Notes: generated from the letters alone by a model not told the origin. 64,000 nucleotides of DNA from Patescibacteria group bacterium (GCA_018896645.1 JAHIMF010000041.1:1980-65979), one strand, 5' to 3'. Positions 49,142 to 59,723 are shown, counted from the stretch's first letter. A program made the numbers and translations.

Positions 49142-49810
49142 TTATTCTTCCATTCTGCGCAGACACTCCCAATATAACAGTTCGCAATTACGGCAATCTA
49201 CACAAACTGAGCTCCAGGGCGTGCTGCACATGCGGACACCTCTACCCTTATAGCGTTTCAGTATTTCCAGTAAGACTTCGGTTTTGATGCAGTAATAATC
49301 ATTAAGAATACTTTTCCGCCATTCGTAGTCTTCTGACATAACCACATTTGCCTGATTATAATAACGCATAAATGTCATAACAACCGGTACTCCTTGAGCC
49401 AGGTAATACTCAACTAGTGAATCCTGAACTCCCAGGCCCCAGCTATTTGTTCTGATGCGCACAAACATTACATTCTTTGGGCACTCAACGAACAGGGACT
49501 CTCTGCCATTACAAGTAAAGACTACTGGTGCCGGAAAGTCAAAACGAGGATGCGAGGTGTTGAAGAAACGGTGTTCATACTGGTTAGTGGATTCAATAAC
49601 ATATTCTCGTTGAATATTGCTATCATGACCACTATTAATACGAACAATTTTCCCTGCCGCTTCTTGGGGAGTAGGAAACAATGGCTTGTCTAGTGTCCGA
49701 TAGAATCTCCCACCATTATAGAAGCACTCGGCACATCCCATGGGACATTCTCCGGTCTGGGGGATACAGTCAATCAAATTAGTGTTAGCCAGCTTGGGGT
49801 TTCTGTCCAT
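49142..49810 (-). CDS. Small radical-SAM-like Fe-S protein
   Basis: CPMGCAECFY (CxxxCxxC) near the N-terminus, C-x7-CxxCxxC at the C-terminus; AAAGGAG RBS before ATG 49810. Confidence 0.7.
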   Translation of the reverse strand: MDRNPKLANTNLIDCIPQTGECPMGCAECFYNGGRFYRTLDKPLFPTPQEAAGKIVRINSGHDSNIQREYVIESTNQYEHRFFNTSHPRFDFPAPVVFTCNGRESLFVECPKNVMFVRIRTNSWGLGVQDSLVEYYLAQGVPVVMTFMRYYNQANVVMSEDYEWRKSILNDYYCIKTEVLLEILKRYKGRGVRMCSTPWSSVCVDCRNCELLYWECLRRMEE

Positions 49811-49985
49811 AATCTTCTCCTTTGAGCACAATTGTTTCAGGATATTTCGGAAGAGGTTCATTAGGAATAAAGCCCCGCTTCAAAAGTGCTTCCCCAACAG
49901 CCCAGAGCCGAACATTTAGGAACCGTTCTCCCATTGAGGGGTCATTATTCTGCTCGGTGCGCCCCTTCCTTTTTGAACGAGCCAT
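49785..49985 (-). CDS. Small hypothetical protein (66 aa)
   Basis: Strong AAGGAGG RBS; promoter TTGACA (50065-50060), 17 nt, TAATAT (50042-50037). Confidence 0.65.
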   Translation of the reverse strand: MARSKRKGRTEQNNDPSMGERFLNVRLWAVGEALLKRGFIPNEPLPKYPETIVLKGEDYGQKPQAG

Positions 49986-50065
49986 AGTTTCTCCTCCTTT
50001 TTTGAGTGGTTTTTGTAGGTTTATTTCGTTGGCTTTATATTATTCTTTTATAATCTTTTTGTCAA

Positions 50066-50920
50066 ATGGATATTCTTCATCTCAAAAAAATTCTCAAATT
50101 AACTAAAGCTGGGTTGATTTTGTTTTTTGTTTTTCTCTTTTGCTATTTATTTTATAAAGATTTTGTACCTTCTGGAAAATTAGTTATCATTAATAATTTT
50201 CAAAATAAATCGCAATTGATTTCTGATTTATATCCTGATGTGCGGGTGGAAAAAATTAAGCAAGACGAGCAGGGAAATTTTTATCAAACAATGTTTATTG
50301 ATCCAGTATATTTTAAGATAAACCCGCCGCGGGCGTTTAGGAAAGCGACGATAAAAATTGTTTATAAAAATAAAGAGCAATCATTGTTTCAAATTGGTTT
50401 AAAGCTTGGGGAAGAAGGTTGGGTATTTGATTTTAAGACTTTGGAATTTCAAAAGATCGATGATTTATCGTGGTATAAATTGCAAAAAGATAATCTTATC
50501 CTTTTACAAAAATCCAGGCGATACCGAGAGATCGACGATTTTTTACTGGAGCCGCCCACCCAGGGCCGGATTGCTCAATTTGGCTATACTTTAGAGCTTG
50601 CCAACCCGGCTGATTATTTATTAACAGCCCTTAACACAAAAACTGATCTTAATCATATCAGTTATATCATTGCTCGATACATCCAACCAGAGGTTGACGA
50701 CAGTGATATCAAAACAGCCCAGGCTGAGTTTTTTATTGATCGTTCTTTTCTTGTTGATGGGAAATTAGTATTTATTTTTTCTGCTCCGGAAATGGATGTT
50801 AATAAGCGCGAAATAGACATTTACGAAATTCAAGTTGCTCTAGAACGGGAACCCCTTAAATTGGGCAACACTATCAGACAAGCTGGGGGATATTTGAAGG
50901 ATATCATAGTAAATTTTTAA
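50066..50920 (+). CDS. Membrane-anchored hypothetical protein
   Basis: N-terminal TM helix, 284-aa ORF. Confidence 0.7.
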   Translation: MDILHLKKILKLTKAGLILFFVFLFCYLFYKDFVPSGKLVIINNFQNKSQLISDLYPDVRVEKIKQDEQGNFYQTMFIDPVYFKINPPRAFRKATIKIVYKNKEQSLFQIGLKLGEEGWVFDFKTLEFQKIDDLSWYKLQKDNLILLQKSRRYREIDDFLLEPPTQGRIAQFGYTLELANPADYLLTALNTKTDLNHISYIIARYIQPEVDDSDIKTAQAEFFIDRSFLVDGKLVFIFSAPEMDVNKREIDIYEIQVALEREPLKLGNTIRQAGGYLKDIIVNF

Positions 50921-50929
50921 TAGGTTTTC

Positions 50930-50995
50930 ATTGTTACATTGTTTTATTGCTTATTTTTCTTGTTAACAATGTAGCAATGAAGCAATGTAACAATG
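50930..50995. repeat. 8-nt-period ATTG/CAAT inverted array
   Basis: ATTGTTAC ATTGTTTT ATTGCT...CAATGTAG CAATGAAG CAATGTAA CAATG. Confidence 0.7.
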
Positions 50996-51087
50996 GGCGC
51001 CATTGACTAGCCATTAACTGAGTAACCTGAAAAGCCATAATTATTCAACAATCAAAACTAAACATCTTTCTTTGGTTTTCGGCTAAA

Positions 51088-51270
51088 TTGTTTAAGCAGT
51101 GTTTTGTGATTTGTTTGGCTGCGCTTTTAATATTTCTTATTATTGAAGACGCCAAATGCGGCTTTGTATTGAATTATTTTGATCTGGGCAAGCTTTTTGT
51201 TTTATGTATTTTTTTGGGTATTGGCGCCTTGTTGACGAGTAAAAAGGGCGAATTTCTTAGTGAATTGTGA
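51088..51270 (+). CDS. Small two-TM membrane protein (start uncertain)
   Basis: Two hydrophobic segments separated by IE...GFV..YFDL. Confidence 0.5.
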   Translation: MFKQCFVICLAALLIFLIIEDAKCGFVLNYFDLGKLFVLCIFLGIGALLTSKKGEFLSEL

Positions 51271-52831
51271 TTTTGTAGATTCCGTTTTTGTCGCCTATTT
51301 CAGCGTGAAGATAGATAAAATTTTTGTCCTTGTTGGGAAACAAATTGTAAATTTTTTTCACCTCAAGTAAATTAACAATGTTGCGTCGATTTCGGCTATC
51401 AAGCTCCAATGCATAGATTATATCTTTGCCGGCATTTTTCAGGGAGAGCAGTAAATAGTTTTGTTCTTTTGTGGATATAATTTTTTTGATTTCCGAGCTA
51501 AACCGGCTAAGAATGTATCTGGTGTCTTGCAAGGGTTTGCCATTGGAGTCGTAATTTTTTAAATCAGTTTGCCAAATTTCAAAATCATTATAATAAATCA
51601 AAGTTTGTGAAGCGGGTAAATAAAGGACATCTTTAGCTTTTGTTTCATTAAGAATAACTTCTTTAGTTTTGGTATTGATAAGCCAGATTTTTTGTTCGTG
51701 CCCTCTTTGGAAAAAGTCACCAGCAAGGGCTGATGATCCCCGCCCGGGAAAATCATCAGCCCTTGCTGGTGATTGAACTAATAATAATTCATCATCAATT
51801 TTAGAAAGAGAATACAGCGTACCTTGGTTTTGGGAGGAACCAAGCGGTAGCTCCAAGAGACAAGTCTTGGAAATCGCTTCAATTCTTAGGCTGCTGCCGT
51901 CTGTAGTCAAACCTACATAATTTAGGCACCAGTTCTCTTGCCATTTTTTAAGATAGAAAATATTCCAATCCTTGGCTATTAAAAAATCATCAAGACTTTG
52001 AGTTTTTATTTGCAGAAAAGGTTTTATTTTTTTTGTGAAAAGATTTATTTGATAGGTAGTGTTTTTTCTGGCGCCGTAAATAAGATTAGGATTTTGATGG
52101 TCCCACTTTAGATTGTCTAGCGGCGTATAGTTTTGGAAAGAATTTACTGATGTATTTTCTCCGGTTTCTGCATTGATGATTATATAATTTTTATATTCTG
52201 GTTTTTGTTCAGTAATTAATATTTTTTGGCTGGTATTATTCCATTTGATGTCAATAATTGAATCATGAGTTTCAAACAGGGTAGTCGTTTGTTCGGTTTT
52301 GATATCCAGTAGTTTTAAGGTGTTATTTAATAAGAGAGCCGTTTTTTGCTGATCCGGGGCAATCTGCACCTGGCTGATGTTTCCTTGAGTGAGCGCTTGA
52401 ATTTCCGGCTGCAAACGGAAGAGCAGCACTTGGTCAGCAAAAGTTGCTTCATTGCTGGTGATAGTTAATCTCTTGACCCAGGGGTGATAATCAGGTTTTG
52501 TCAGTTTAATAAGATATTCATTAGGAATAAGATTATTAATAATCAAAGGTGTTTTTTGAATATTTTTTTGCTCTTGGCTTTGGGTGGCAGCGATGATTCT
52601 AAATAAAGTCCTCCAGGCGCTGCCTGAAAATAGATTTTGACGAGGTTGGTTGTCAATATAGACAGAAGCAGCTTTTGGGTAAGTTTCAAGAATTAAACTG
52701 CCGGTTTTAACAATTTCGTGTTTTTTAAAATCATAACGAAAACCACTGCTAGCGAGAATTAGCAAAGGCGCAGTGATTAGGAAAAGTATGATGATTGAGA
52801 GGTAAATTAAGCGGCGGAGAGTGATGTTCAT
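51257..52831 (-). CDS. PEGA-domain membrane-anchored protein with a probable beta-propeller
   Basis: TM, then GFRYDF...VKTGSL...TYPK.ASVYID; TP..I.NL.P.EY.I...K.DY..W.K; ATG at 52831. Confidence 0.8.
   Translation of the reverse strand: MNITLRRLIYLSIIILFLITAPLLILASSGFRYDFKKHEIVKTGSLILETYPKAASVYIDNQPRQNLFSGSAWRTLFRIIAATQSQEQKNIQKTPLIINNLIPNEYLIKLTKPDYHPWVKRLTITSNEATFADQVLLFRLQPEIQALTQGNISQVQIAPDQQKTALLLNNTLKLLDIKTEQTTTLFETHDSIIDIKWNNTSQKILITEQKPEYKNYIIINAETGENTSVNSFQNYTPLDNLKWDHQNPNLIYGARKNTTYQINLFTKKIKPFLQIKTQSLDDFLIAKDWNIFYLKKWQENWCLNYVGLTTDGSSLRIEAISKTCLLELPLGSSQNQGTLYSLSKIDDELLLVQSPARADDFPGRGSSALAGDFFQRGHEQKIWLINTKTKEVILNETKAKDVLYLPASQTLIYYNDFEIWQTDLKNYDSNGKPLQDTRYILSRFSSEIKKIISTKEQNYLLLSLKNAGKDIIYALELDSRNRRNIVNLLEVKKIYNLFPNKDKNFIYLHAEIGDKNGIYKITIH
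51717..51772. repeat. Perfect 21-bp inverted repeat inside a CDS
   Basis: TCACCAGCAAGGGCTGATGAT, 14-nt loop, ATCATCAGCCCTTGCTGGTGA. Confidence 0.85.
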
Positions 52832-52915
52832 ATTGATTGACAAAAGGAGGTTTTGGGGGTAGAGTAAAGATGATGGATGTGAAGTAAGATTTTTCGTACA
52901 TTGTATATAATGTTC

Positions 52916-52996
52916 AATTGTCCGATTGCTCGATTGATAAATTGTTTAGAATGATTTTGTAACAATCGAACAATTGAACAATGAAACAATGAGCAA
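52916..52996. repeat. 8-nt-period ATTG/CAAT inverted array
   Basis: ATTGTCCG ATTGCTCG ATTGATAA ATTGTT...CAATCGAA CAATTGAA CAATGAAA CAATGAG. Confidence 0.7.
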
Positions 52997-53052
52997 GGGG
53001 CATATTTAAACAACAGAAATCAAAATAATAGAAAGTTTTACGCAACCCCACC

Positions 53053-54306
53053 ATGTCTAAATTTATCATCACCGGCGGTAAAAAGCTTTCCGGTGAAATC
53101 CCAGTTAATGGCGCAAAAAATGCAGCTTTGAAAATTATTCCAGCTGCCTTGCTTTTTGATGAAAAGATTACTATTAGCAATGTGCCTAAAATTGAAGATG
53201 TGACTCGGCTGTTAGAAATTGTAAAAGATTTGGGGGTGGAAGTCAAGCAAAAAGGCAACACGGTTAAAATTCAAGCGGGTGATATTAAATCAGGTGAACT
53301 TTCCCGCGATTTGGTGCCAAAATTGCGAGCTTCTAATATGCTGATTGGTCCCCTGCTTTTGCGGGTAGGCGAGGTCGTGATTCCTCATGCCGGGGGTTGC
53401 GCTATTAGCCGGCGCCCGATTGATGTTTGGGTAAATCTTTTTAAACAACTTGGCGCAGAGGTGGAACAAGGCCCCAAATTATATACTTTCAAAGCTCGAA
53501 AAATGCGCGGCGCCAAATTGGTGTTTCCTTTTATTTCGGTAACTGCTACTGAAGCCTTGATGATGACAGCCGTATTGTTGTCTGGAAAAACAACTATTGT
53601 TAATGCAGCCATGGAGCCAGAAATCCCGGCCTTGGCTGATTATCTTAACGAATGCGGCGCAAAGATAAAAGGCGCCGGTACTAGCGAGATTGTGATCGAG
53701 GGCGTTAAACAGCTTAAAGCCCGACCTTTCACCGTGATACCTGACAGAATTGAAGCTGGCAGTTTTGCGTGTCTTGGAGCGGCTACTCGAAGTAGAATAA
53801 AGATCACTCATTGTAATCCGAATCACCTTGAGGTGCCTTTGGCGATTTTAGAGCAGATGGGCGTTAATTTTGTTGTTGGCAAGGACTACATTCAAATTAA
53901 AGAAGTTAGCGACCTAAAAGCAACAAAAATTAAAACCCATGAATATCCAGGTTTTCCTACTGATTTGCAATCTCCGTTTACTACTTTATTGACCCAAGCC
54001 AAGGGGGACAGCTTAGTTCATGAAACGATTTTTGAAGGTCGGCTTTTTTATACTGATATTTTAAATCAGATGGGAGCCGAGATTATTATGTGTGATCCTC
54101 ATCGGGTAATTGTCCAGGGGCCAACAAAACTCTATGGCACTAAAGTTGCCAGCCCGGATATCCGGGCCGGTATTGCTTTAATCATTGCTGGCTTGATTGC
54201 CGAAGGCGAAACCGAGATAGATAATATTTATCAGATTGATCGGGGATATGAAGATATTGAAGGGCGGCTGAAAAAGCTGGGGGCGGGGATAAAGCGATTG
54301 GAGTGA
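53053..54306 (+). CDS. murA: UDP-N-acetylglucosamine 1-carboxyvinyltransferase
   Basis: GAKNAAL, LRAS, GGCAI.RRPID, SVTATE, NAAMEPEI, PDRIEAGSF, YPGFPTDLQ, DIRAG, IDRGYE. Confidence 0.97.
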   Translation: MSKFIITGGKKLSGEIPVNGAKNAALKIIPAALLFDEKITISNVPKIEDVTRLLEIVKDLGVEVKQKGNTVKIQAGDIKSGELSRDLVPKLRASNMLIGPLLLRVGEVVIPHAGGCAISRRPIDVWVNLFKQLGAEVEQGPKLYTFKARKMRGAKLVFPFISVTATEALMMTAVLLSGKTTIVNAAMEPEIPALADYLNECGAKIKGAGTSEIVIEGVKQLKARPFTVIPDRIEAGSFACLGAATRSRIKITHCNPNHLEVPLAILEQMGVNFVVGKDYIQIKEVSDLKATKIKTHEYPGFPTDLQSPFTTLLTQAKGDSLVHETIFEGRLFYTDILNQMGAEIIMCDPHRVIVQGPTKLYGTKVASPDIRAGIALIIAGLIAEGETEIDNIYQIDRGYEDIEGRLKKLGAGIKRLE

Positions 54307-54413
54307 GATTTCTATTATTAGAAAACTGATATAGCGCGAGCGGTAGAAGTTGGTGATTAAGATTCGCGGCAAGAAAGTGATTATTGACGATTGGAAAAAA
54401 TAAATTTAAAAAG

Positions 54414-54446
54414 AAAAGCCGGGAGCTTGTAAGCCCTCGGCTTTTT
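54414..54446. terminator. Bidirectional intrinsic terminator
   Basis: AAAAGCCG...CGGCTTTTT between convergent murA and the pseudogene. Confidence 0.7.
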
Positions 54447-54476
54447 GATTATCCGTCATCCGGCGGAGAATCTATT

Positions 54477-56911
54477 TTATTTCACCAGCACCATTCTCCT
54501 CGTCTCTTGATAATTTCCTACGCAGAGGCGATAGAGATAGGCGCCAGTTCCAAATCCGCTTCCATCCCAAGCCACTTCGTACTGGCCGGCTCCCTGACGA
54601 CCCGCCACCAACGTTGCCACTCGCTGACCAATGGCGTCATAAATGGTCAACATGACATCACTGGCTTCTGGCAGATTGTAGGTGATGGTCGTAGCCAGGT
54701 TGAAGGGGTTGGGAAAGTTTTGTTGCAGAGCAATCTTGAAAGCAGTTGTTGCTTTCGCTTTTTTTACCACCTCCTTGCTTGCTTTTCCACCATTAATATA
54801 TATTACGGTATAAACAATGCCAATATTGTTTTTATATAGAACCGATGCTAAAACCGGGGTCCCGCTCTGTATATTAAAAAACAGAAACGAGTGAATGTAG
54901 CTTTCCCCATTGGGCGCGAAAACCCTGGCGTTTAACTCTCTTGAGATAAACTGGGCGATATTATTGTCACCACTGCCCGTTGAACAGGCAATAAGAACAA
55001 TATCAGGACTTGGGTTGAGATAAGGACTGATTTTTTCCCAAACATCAGCATCTCCAATCTCTATCCTCCAGGGATTATCCTGACCCGCAACTATTTTGTA
55101 ACTAATACCTTTAGTGTTGCCATGGCCACCGATGACCAATAAATCTATCATACCAGCGGGTTTATAGCCATAATTCTCTCCCATGCTTATGATATTAGCT
55201 ACAAATTTATTCCTACAATCTGCTTCAACGATTCGCAGGTCAAATCGCACATCCAGGAATCTCTGGATTATTTCAGGGTTTTGGTAAAACGCCCGGCTGT
55301 AATCCGTTTTAGGCAAAGCAATCACCGCCAGGGGCCGCATGTGTGAGCCAGGCTCATCAGTAAAGGCTTGCCTCTGATTCCTATGCTCCTATAGATGAGA
55401 AAGAACCTTTACGGTGTACCTGCCAAAAAAAGAGATATTATATTGTTTGAATATATATCGGGCTGGCTCTGATGTCCCATACTTTTCATGCAATTGTTTT
55501 AGCCGATATAAATCCTCACCAATATTATTATCTCCCAACCCTTTTAAAGGATTGCTTTTCTTTAATTCCTTGAAAAAATCACCGTCCAAGCCAGTATAAT
55601 ACTTCACTGGCTTTTCAAATTCTTGCTCATCTAAAACCACATCAAAGCCTATACTGCGTAGACCGTCGCCCGCTCTTTCTCGCCCAGATTCGGGCGCCAT
55701 GGCTCTGGGGAAAAAGATTGCTTGAGTCAAGACCTTAATTATACGAGAGAGTAAGGCCTTGTTTCCTTCGCCAAGTCCATTGCCTATTTTACCCAAACTC
55801 GCAGCTGCTGTATCTTGGGCACGCCATTCCTTATCATTTAAAAAGATTCTGATTAACAGCTCTGCGTGTTGGGAATTACCTATTTCGCCCGATGCCCAGA
55901 CAGCCGCCCATCGAAGATAGTCATTATCGCTTTTTAGGGCCAGGGTTAAAAGATTTTCAGCTTCTGGACTAACTTCACCTATTTTGCCCAAAGCATACAT
56001 TGACTGAATGAGCAGGTCTACCAGCCAATAATCTTTATCCCAACCATTTTGAAAGCCCAAATCTATAATTTCTATCAGGAACGGCGCAATTCTTGAAACA
56101 CCAATTTCACCCAACCAATATATGGCTTCCTTTTTAATGAGTTTTGATTGGTCAAGATCATTTTTTACTACAAAAATCAACGCATCTATTATTTTGTCTA
56201 ATGCCTTTGTTTCGATGATAGTCAGGTCGTCTTTGTTCACCAAAACAACAGCTATCCCACCTAAAATTTTTACTGCGTTTCTTCGGACAAAGGGGTCTCT
56301 ATGGTTTTTTAATCCTTTTATCAACGGGTCCACGGTTCTGGGATCTTTTATCTTAATTAAATTATCAGTTGCATCGTTTATGATGGATAGCTTGGCGCCA
56401 TAAAAAAGAGCAATCAAGTTTCTCGCCGTCTCCATATCTTGTCTAACAGCCACGCCTCTTTGTTCCAGCTCTCTTAGGGCGCCAATTATTAGAACCTGGT
56501 AATTACGCTATTCTCTTCTACAATGTGGACAAGGAGGACATTTATTGACCACTCAGTTCCAAATTTACCCAATGCCAGTATAGCTTTTATTCTTTCTTGA
56601 ATACCAGTATGAGGCTGAGGATTAAGCAGTATGGTCCCTATCGGCTTCTCAACATCCCAACCAAAACGAGCTTGAAGAGCCAGGTAGAAGTCAACACAAT
56701 TAAGCATAGTGTCAAACCTTTCTTTGGTTGATTCACCGGCTACTCCTTTCACTAAATGCGGATTATTATCGCCTTCTTCCAAAAACCTATAATATGCTGC
56801 TTTCAATCTATCCTGCTGTGGACCGGGGGCCAGTTGACAAATGCTATTATCGTAGGTCCCCGTGATAATTGCAATGACTACGACTATTACTACTAATAAA
56901 TGCTTTTTCAT
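54477..56911 (-). pseudogene. Disrupted secreted protein: signal peptide, HEAT repeats, clan-CD-like peptidase domain, T9SS-A/FlgD-like C-terminal domain
   Basis: Three ORFs join via a frameshift near 56490-56508 and an in-frame TAG at 55389-55391; RBS AAGGAG before ATG 56911; promoter TTGACA (57085-57080), 17 nt, TATCCT. Confidence 0.8.
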
Positions 56912-57124
56912 TGTTCTCTCCTTTCCAAGAGAAAAAGTGACAGAAAAATATTTAACTCCAGCCAAAAAGTTCATTAAAGTGTCCAAATAAGGCCTTTCAT
57001 GCCTTTTGGAAGCAGGTTTAGAGGAATGAATTTTCAAGGAGCGAATTTATTAAATAAGGATAGTATGGTTTAGAATTTTTGTCAAAGCTTTGCTATAAAA
57101 ATGTTATTGTGGAAATTATGGGAT

Positions 57125-57151
57125 TAGCGACAAGGCAAAGCTTTGTCGCTA
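57125..57151. repeat. GTAG-type REP-like palindrome
   Basis: TAGCGACAAGGC AAA GCTTTGTCGCTA. Confidence 0.65.
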
Positions 57152-57227
57152 TATTAAGATTATCCACATTTTGCTAATAAAAAATTTATATGATACAATA
57201 AAACAAGTTAGATTGGTTATGAGTTAT

Positions 57228-57285
57228 CAGCCAGAGGTTGACCTCCCCCAAAGGCGGATGAGCATCTGGTCCAAACCTTTGGCTG
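57228..57285. repeat. CAGCCA...TGGCTG palindromic element with a nested insert
   Basis: CAGCCAGAGGTT / AACCTTTGGCTG arms inside AT-rich AGTTA/TAAC repeats. Confidence 0.65.
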
Positions 57286-57360
57286 GGAAAAGTTAGAAAT
57301 TATCAAGTTAACCTATAACCAGTCTAACTTTTCTAATCAGTTTAACTCGCATCATTTTTT

Positions 57361-58722
57361 ATGAAAAATCTAAAGCCTCAAGAACCTAATTTAGGTAGCT
57401 CTAAAAATCCAACCGTCCCGGCCAATTTTAGAAAAAATATTTTTATTATTTTGATTTTGTTTTTATTGACTGCTTCATTCGGATTTGGCATTTATACCGG
57501 CCAACATTGGGGAGATTTAAACTCTAATGTTAATCAAAACGATAAAGAAGAAACAGCTCTTCAGGAAACTGAAGAAAACCAGCAATACGGCGAGCTTAAA
57601 GATAAAAATGAGATACCAAAATATCTAACCAAGGATGTCAACGCCCAACTTTTTTTAGAGGTTTGGGATATTATTCATAATAAATATGTTGATCCGGTTG
57701 AGGACATCAAATTATTTTATGGCGCTTTGGCCGGAAGCGTGGCGGCGCTTGGCGATCCTTATAGCATGTTTTTAGAGCCTAAAATCACCAGCGATTTTAC
57801 TGAAGAACTACAAGGCAAGTTTGAAGGTATTGGCGCCGAGATTGCCATTAAAGCCGACCGCCTAACAATTGTGGCGCCCCTGCCAGATACCCCGGCCGAA
57901 CAAGCAGGGATTAAAGCTGGCGATAAAGTATATTTGATTGATGACTATGATACTACCGGCATTACTCTGGAAGAGGCGGTAAAAAGAATCCGCGGGCCGC
58001 AGGGAACCCCGGTGGTTTTAACGGTCATGCGCGAAGACAATGGCGATGAGCCTTTAAAAATCGAAATTATCCGGGACGAGATTCATTTTAAAAGTGTTCG
58101 AGGTGAAATGAAGGAAGAGGATATTGGCTATATTAAAATTTCTCATTTTAATGAAGATACCACAGCCAGCTTTGAAGAAGTTCTTGATGAACTTTTAGAC
58201 CAAGGAGCTCAAACGATTATTTTGGATTTACGGAATAATCCCGGGGGCTATTTAAAACGCGCGATTGATATTGCCAGCTTTTGGGTAGATGATGATGTGA
58301 TTGTTATTGAAAAATTTGGTGAAAATTATCCAGATCCATTGCCGATTGATAAAAAACGGGTCCACAAATCAACTTTGCCGGCGATTTTGAAAGGAGTCAA
58401 AACCGTGGTTTTGGTAAACCTGGGTTCGGCCTCGGGCTCGGAGATTGTGGCCGGCGCTTTGCAGGATTACGGTCTGGCTACAATTATTGGTAAAAAGACT
58501 TTTGGTAAAGGCTCGGTTCAAGAGCTAGAAGAGCTCTCTGACGGTTCTTCGGTCAAAATTACCATTGCTAAGTGGCTGACGCCCAAGGGTCGTTGCATAG
58601 CTGATGAGGGGATTGAGCCGGATATTGAGGTAGAGATGACTGGCGAGGATTATAGCAATGATTTAGATCCCCAGTTGGATAAAGCAATTGAGATAATTAA
58701 AGGAGAGGACTTGACGGAATAA
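57361..58722 (+). CDS. ctpA: Carboxyl-terminal processing protease (S41A, PDZ domain)
   Basis: LGDPYS, FEGIGAEI, ILDLRNNPGG, GSASGSEIVAGALQD, TFGKGSVQ, W.TPKG. Confidence 0.93.
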   Translation: MKNLKPQEPNLGSSKNPTVPANFRKNIFIILILFLLTASFGFGIYTGQHWGDLNSNVNQNDKEETALQETEENQQYGELKDKNEIPKYLTKDVNAQLFLEVWDIIHNKYVDPVEDIKLFYGALAGSVAALGDPYSMFLEPKITSDFTEELQGKFEGIGAEIAIKADRLTIVAPLPDTPAEQAGIKAGDKVYLIDDYDTTGITLEEAVKRIRGPQGTPVVLTVMREDNGDEPLKIEIIRDEIHFKSVRGEMKEEDIGYIKISHFNEDTTASFEEVLDELLDQGAQTIILDLRNNPGGYLKRAIDIASFWVDDDVIVIEKFGENYPDPLPIDKKRVHKSTLPAILKGVKTVVLVNLGSASGSEIVAGALQDYGLATIIGKKTFGKGSVQELEELSDGSSVKITIAKWLTPKGRCIADEGIEPDIEVEMTGEDYSNDLDPQLDKAIEIIKGEDLTE

Positions 58723-58745
58723 TTTTTTAAATAAACAATATAGAT

Positions 58746-59066
58746 ATGGATGAAGACCAGGAAAAATTAAATAAACCCATGACCTTAAAGACACTTGGTG
58801 AATTTTCCGAGCAGGTTTTGTTGCCAGCTGTTGATAGGATGATTGACAAAAAGTTGGACAAAACCAAAGATGAGCTGGAAGAAAAAATGGATCGAGTTAA
58901 GGGTGAAACGTTTGAGAATATGGAGTATAACAAAAAGGAAATCCTTCAGGAGCTAAAGAAAGAAAAAGAAAAAAACGCGCAACATCGAACCATTGCAACT
59001 GATATTTTTGAAAAGCATAATTTGGCTAATCCAGAAGAATTAGAAATTTTGAAAGAATCAGTTTGA
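58746..59066 (+). CDS. Hypothetical helical protein
   Basis: 106-aa charged coiled-coil-like ORF. Confidence 0.65.
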   Translation: MDEDQEKLNKPMTLKTLGEFSEQVLLPAVDRMIDKKLDKTKDELEEKMDRVKGETFENMEYNKKEILQELKKEKEKNAQHRTIATDIFEKHNLANPEELEILKESV

Positions 59067-59108
59067 TGGGAAAGAATATGAAAAAAAATCACAACGTTGA
59101 TAAGGTTT

Positions 59109-59137
59109 CGGTCAAAGACCGGCCAGTCTCTGGCTGG
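59109..59137. repeat. Double-hairpin element within GTTAATAA repeats
   Basis: CGGTC-AAA-GACCG followed by CCAGTC-TCT-GGCTGG. Confidence 0.65.
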
Positions 59138-59166
59138 AATAATGTTAATAAGATTAATAAATTGAC

Positions 59167-59610
59167 ATGAAAGTAATACTTTTGAAAAATATTGACAATC
59201 TGGGTAAGAAAGGCGAAGTCAAGGAGGTAGCGAACGGCTTTGCTCGTAATTTTTTATTGCCAAAAAAGATGGCTGTTGCGGCATCTCCTGGAAACTTAAA
59301 AATGGCGCGGGAGATGAAGCAAGGTGAAGAGGAAAAAAGAAAAAAAGGAAAAATTAATTTGCGGGAATTAAAGAAAAAGCTGGCTGGCAAAGAAGTCAGA
59401 ATTAGGGCTAAAGCCAGTAAAGAAGGGCATTTATTTGCCGGTATCGGGGCCGACAAGATAAACGAAGTTTTAGCGGATGCGATGGGCGTCAAAATAAAAC
59501 CTTCAATGATAAAATTAAATAAAAAGATTAAGACATTGGGTGAGCATAGGGTAGAGGTTAAGGTGGGGGATGGAAGAGTAGAGGTGAAAGTGAGAGTAGA
59601 GAAGGAGTAA
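59167..59610 (+). CDS. rplI: 50S ribosomal protein L9
   Basis: MKVILL..I.NLGKKGEVKEVANGFARNFLLPK; G.LF..I; IKTLGEH.V.V. Confidence 0.97.
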   Translation: MKVILLKNIDNLGKKGEVKEVANGFARNFLLPKKMAVAASPGNLKMAREMKQGEEEKRKKGKINLRELKKKLAGKEVRIRAKASKEGHLFAGIGADKINEVLADAMGVKIKPSMIKLNKKIKTLGEHRVEVKVGDGRVEVKVRVEKE

Positions 59611-59723
59611 ATTTTTATTTATAACCAATAACAAATCCCAGCCAAGGGCAAAGTTGAGCTTAGCTTAGCTCTGCTGGCCACCTTCTGGGTGATAATTTTA
59701 TAACTCATGACTCTTTTTGACCC

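Noticed and set aside
55389-55391. In-frame TAG as stop-codon recoding or pyrrolysine
   Set aside because: TAG terminates many normal genes here, and the same gene also has a frameshift, so pseudogenisation is simpler
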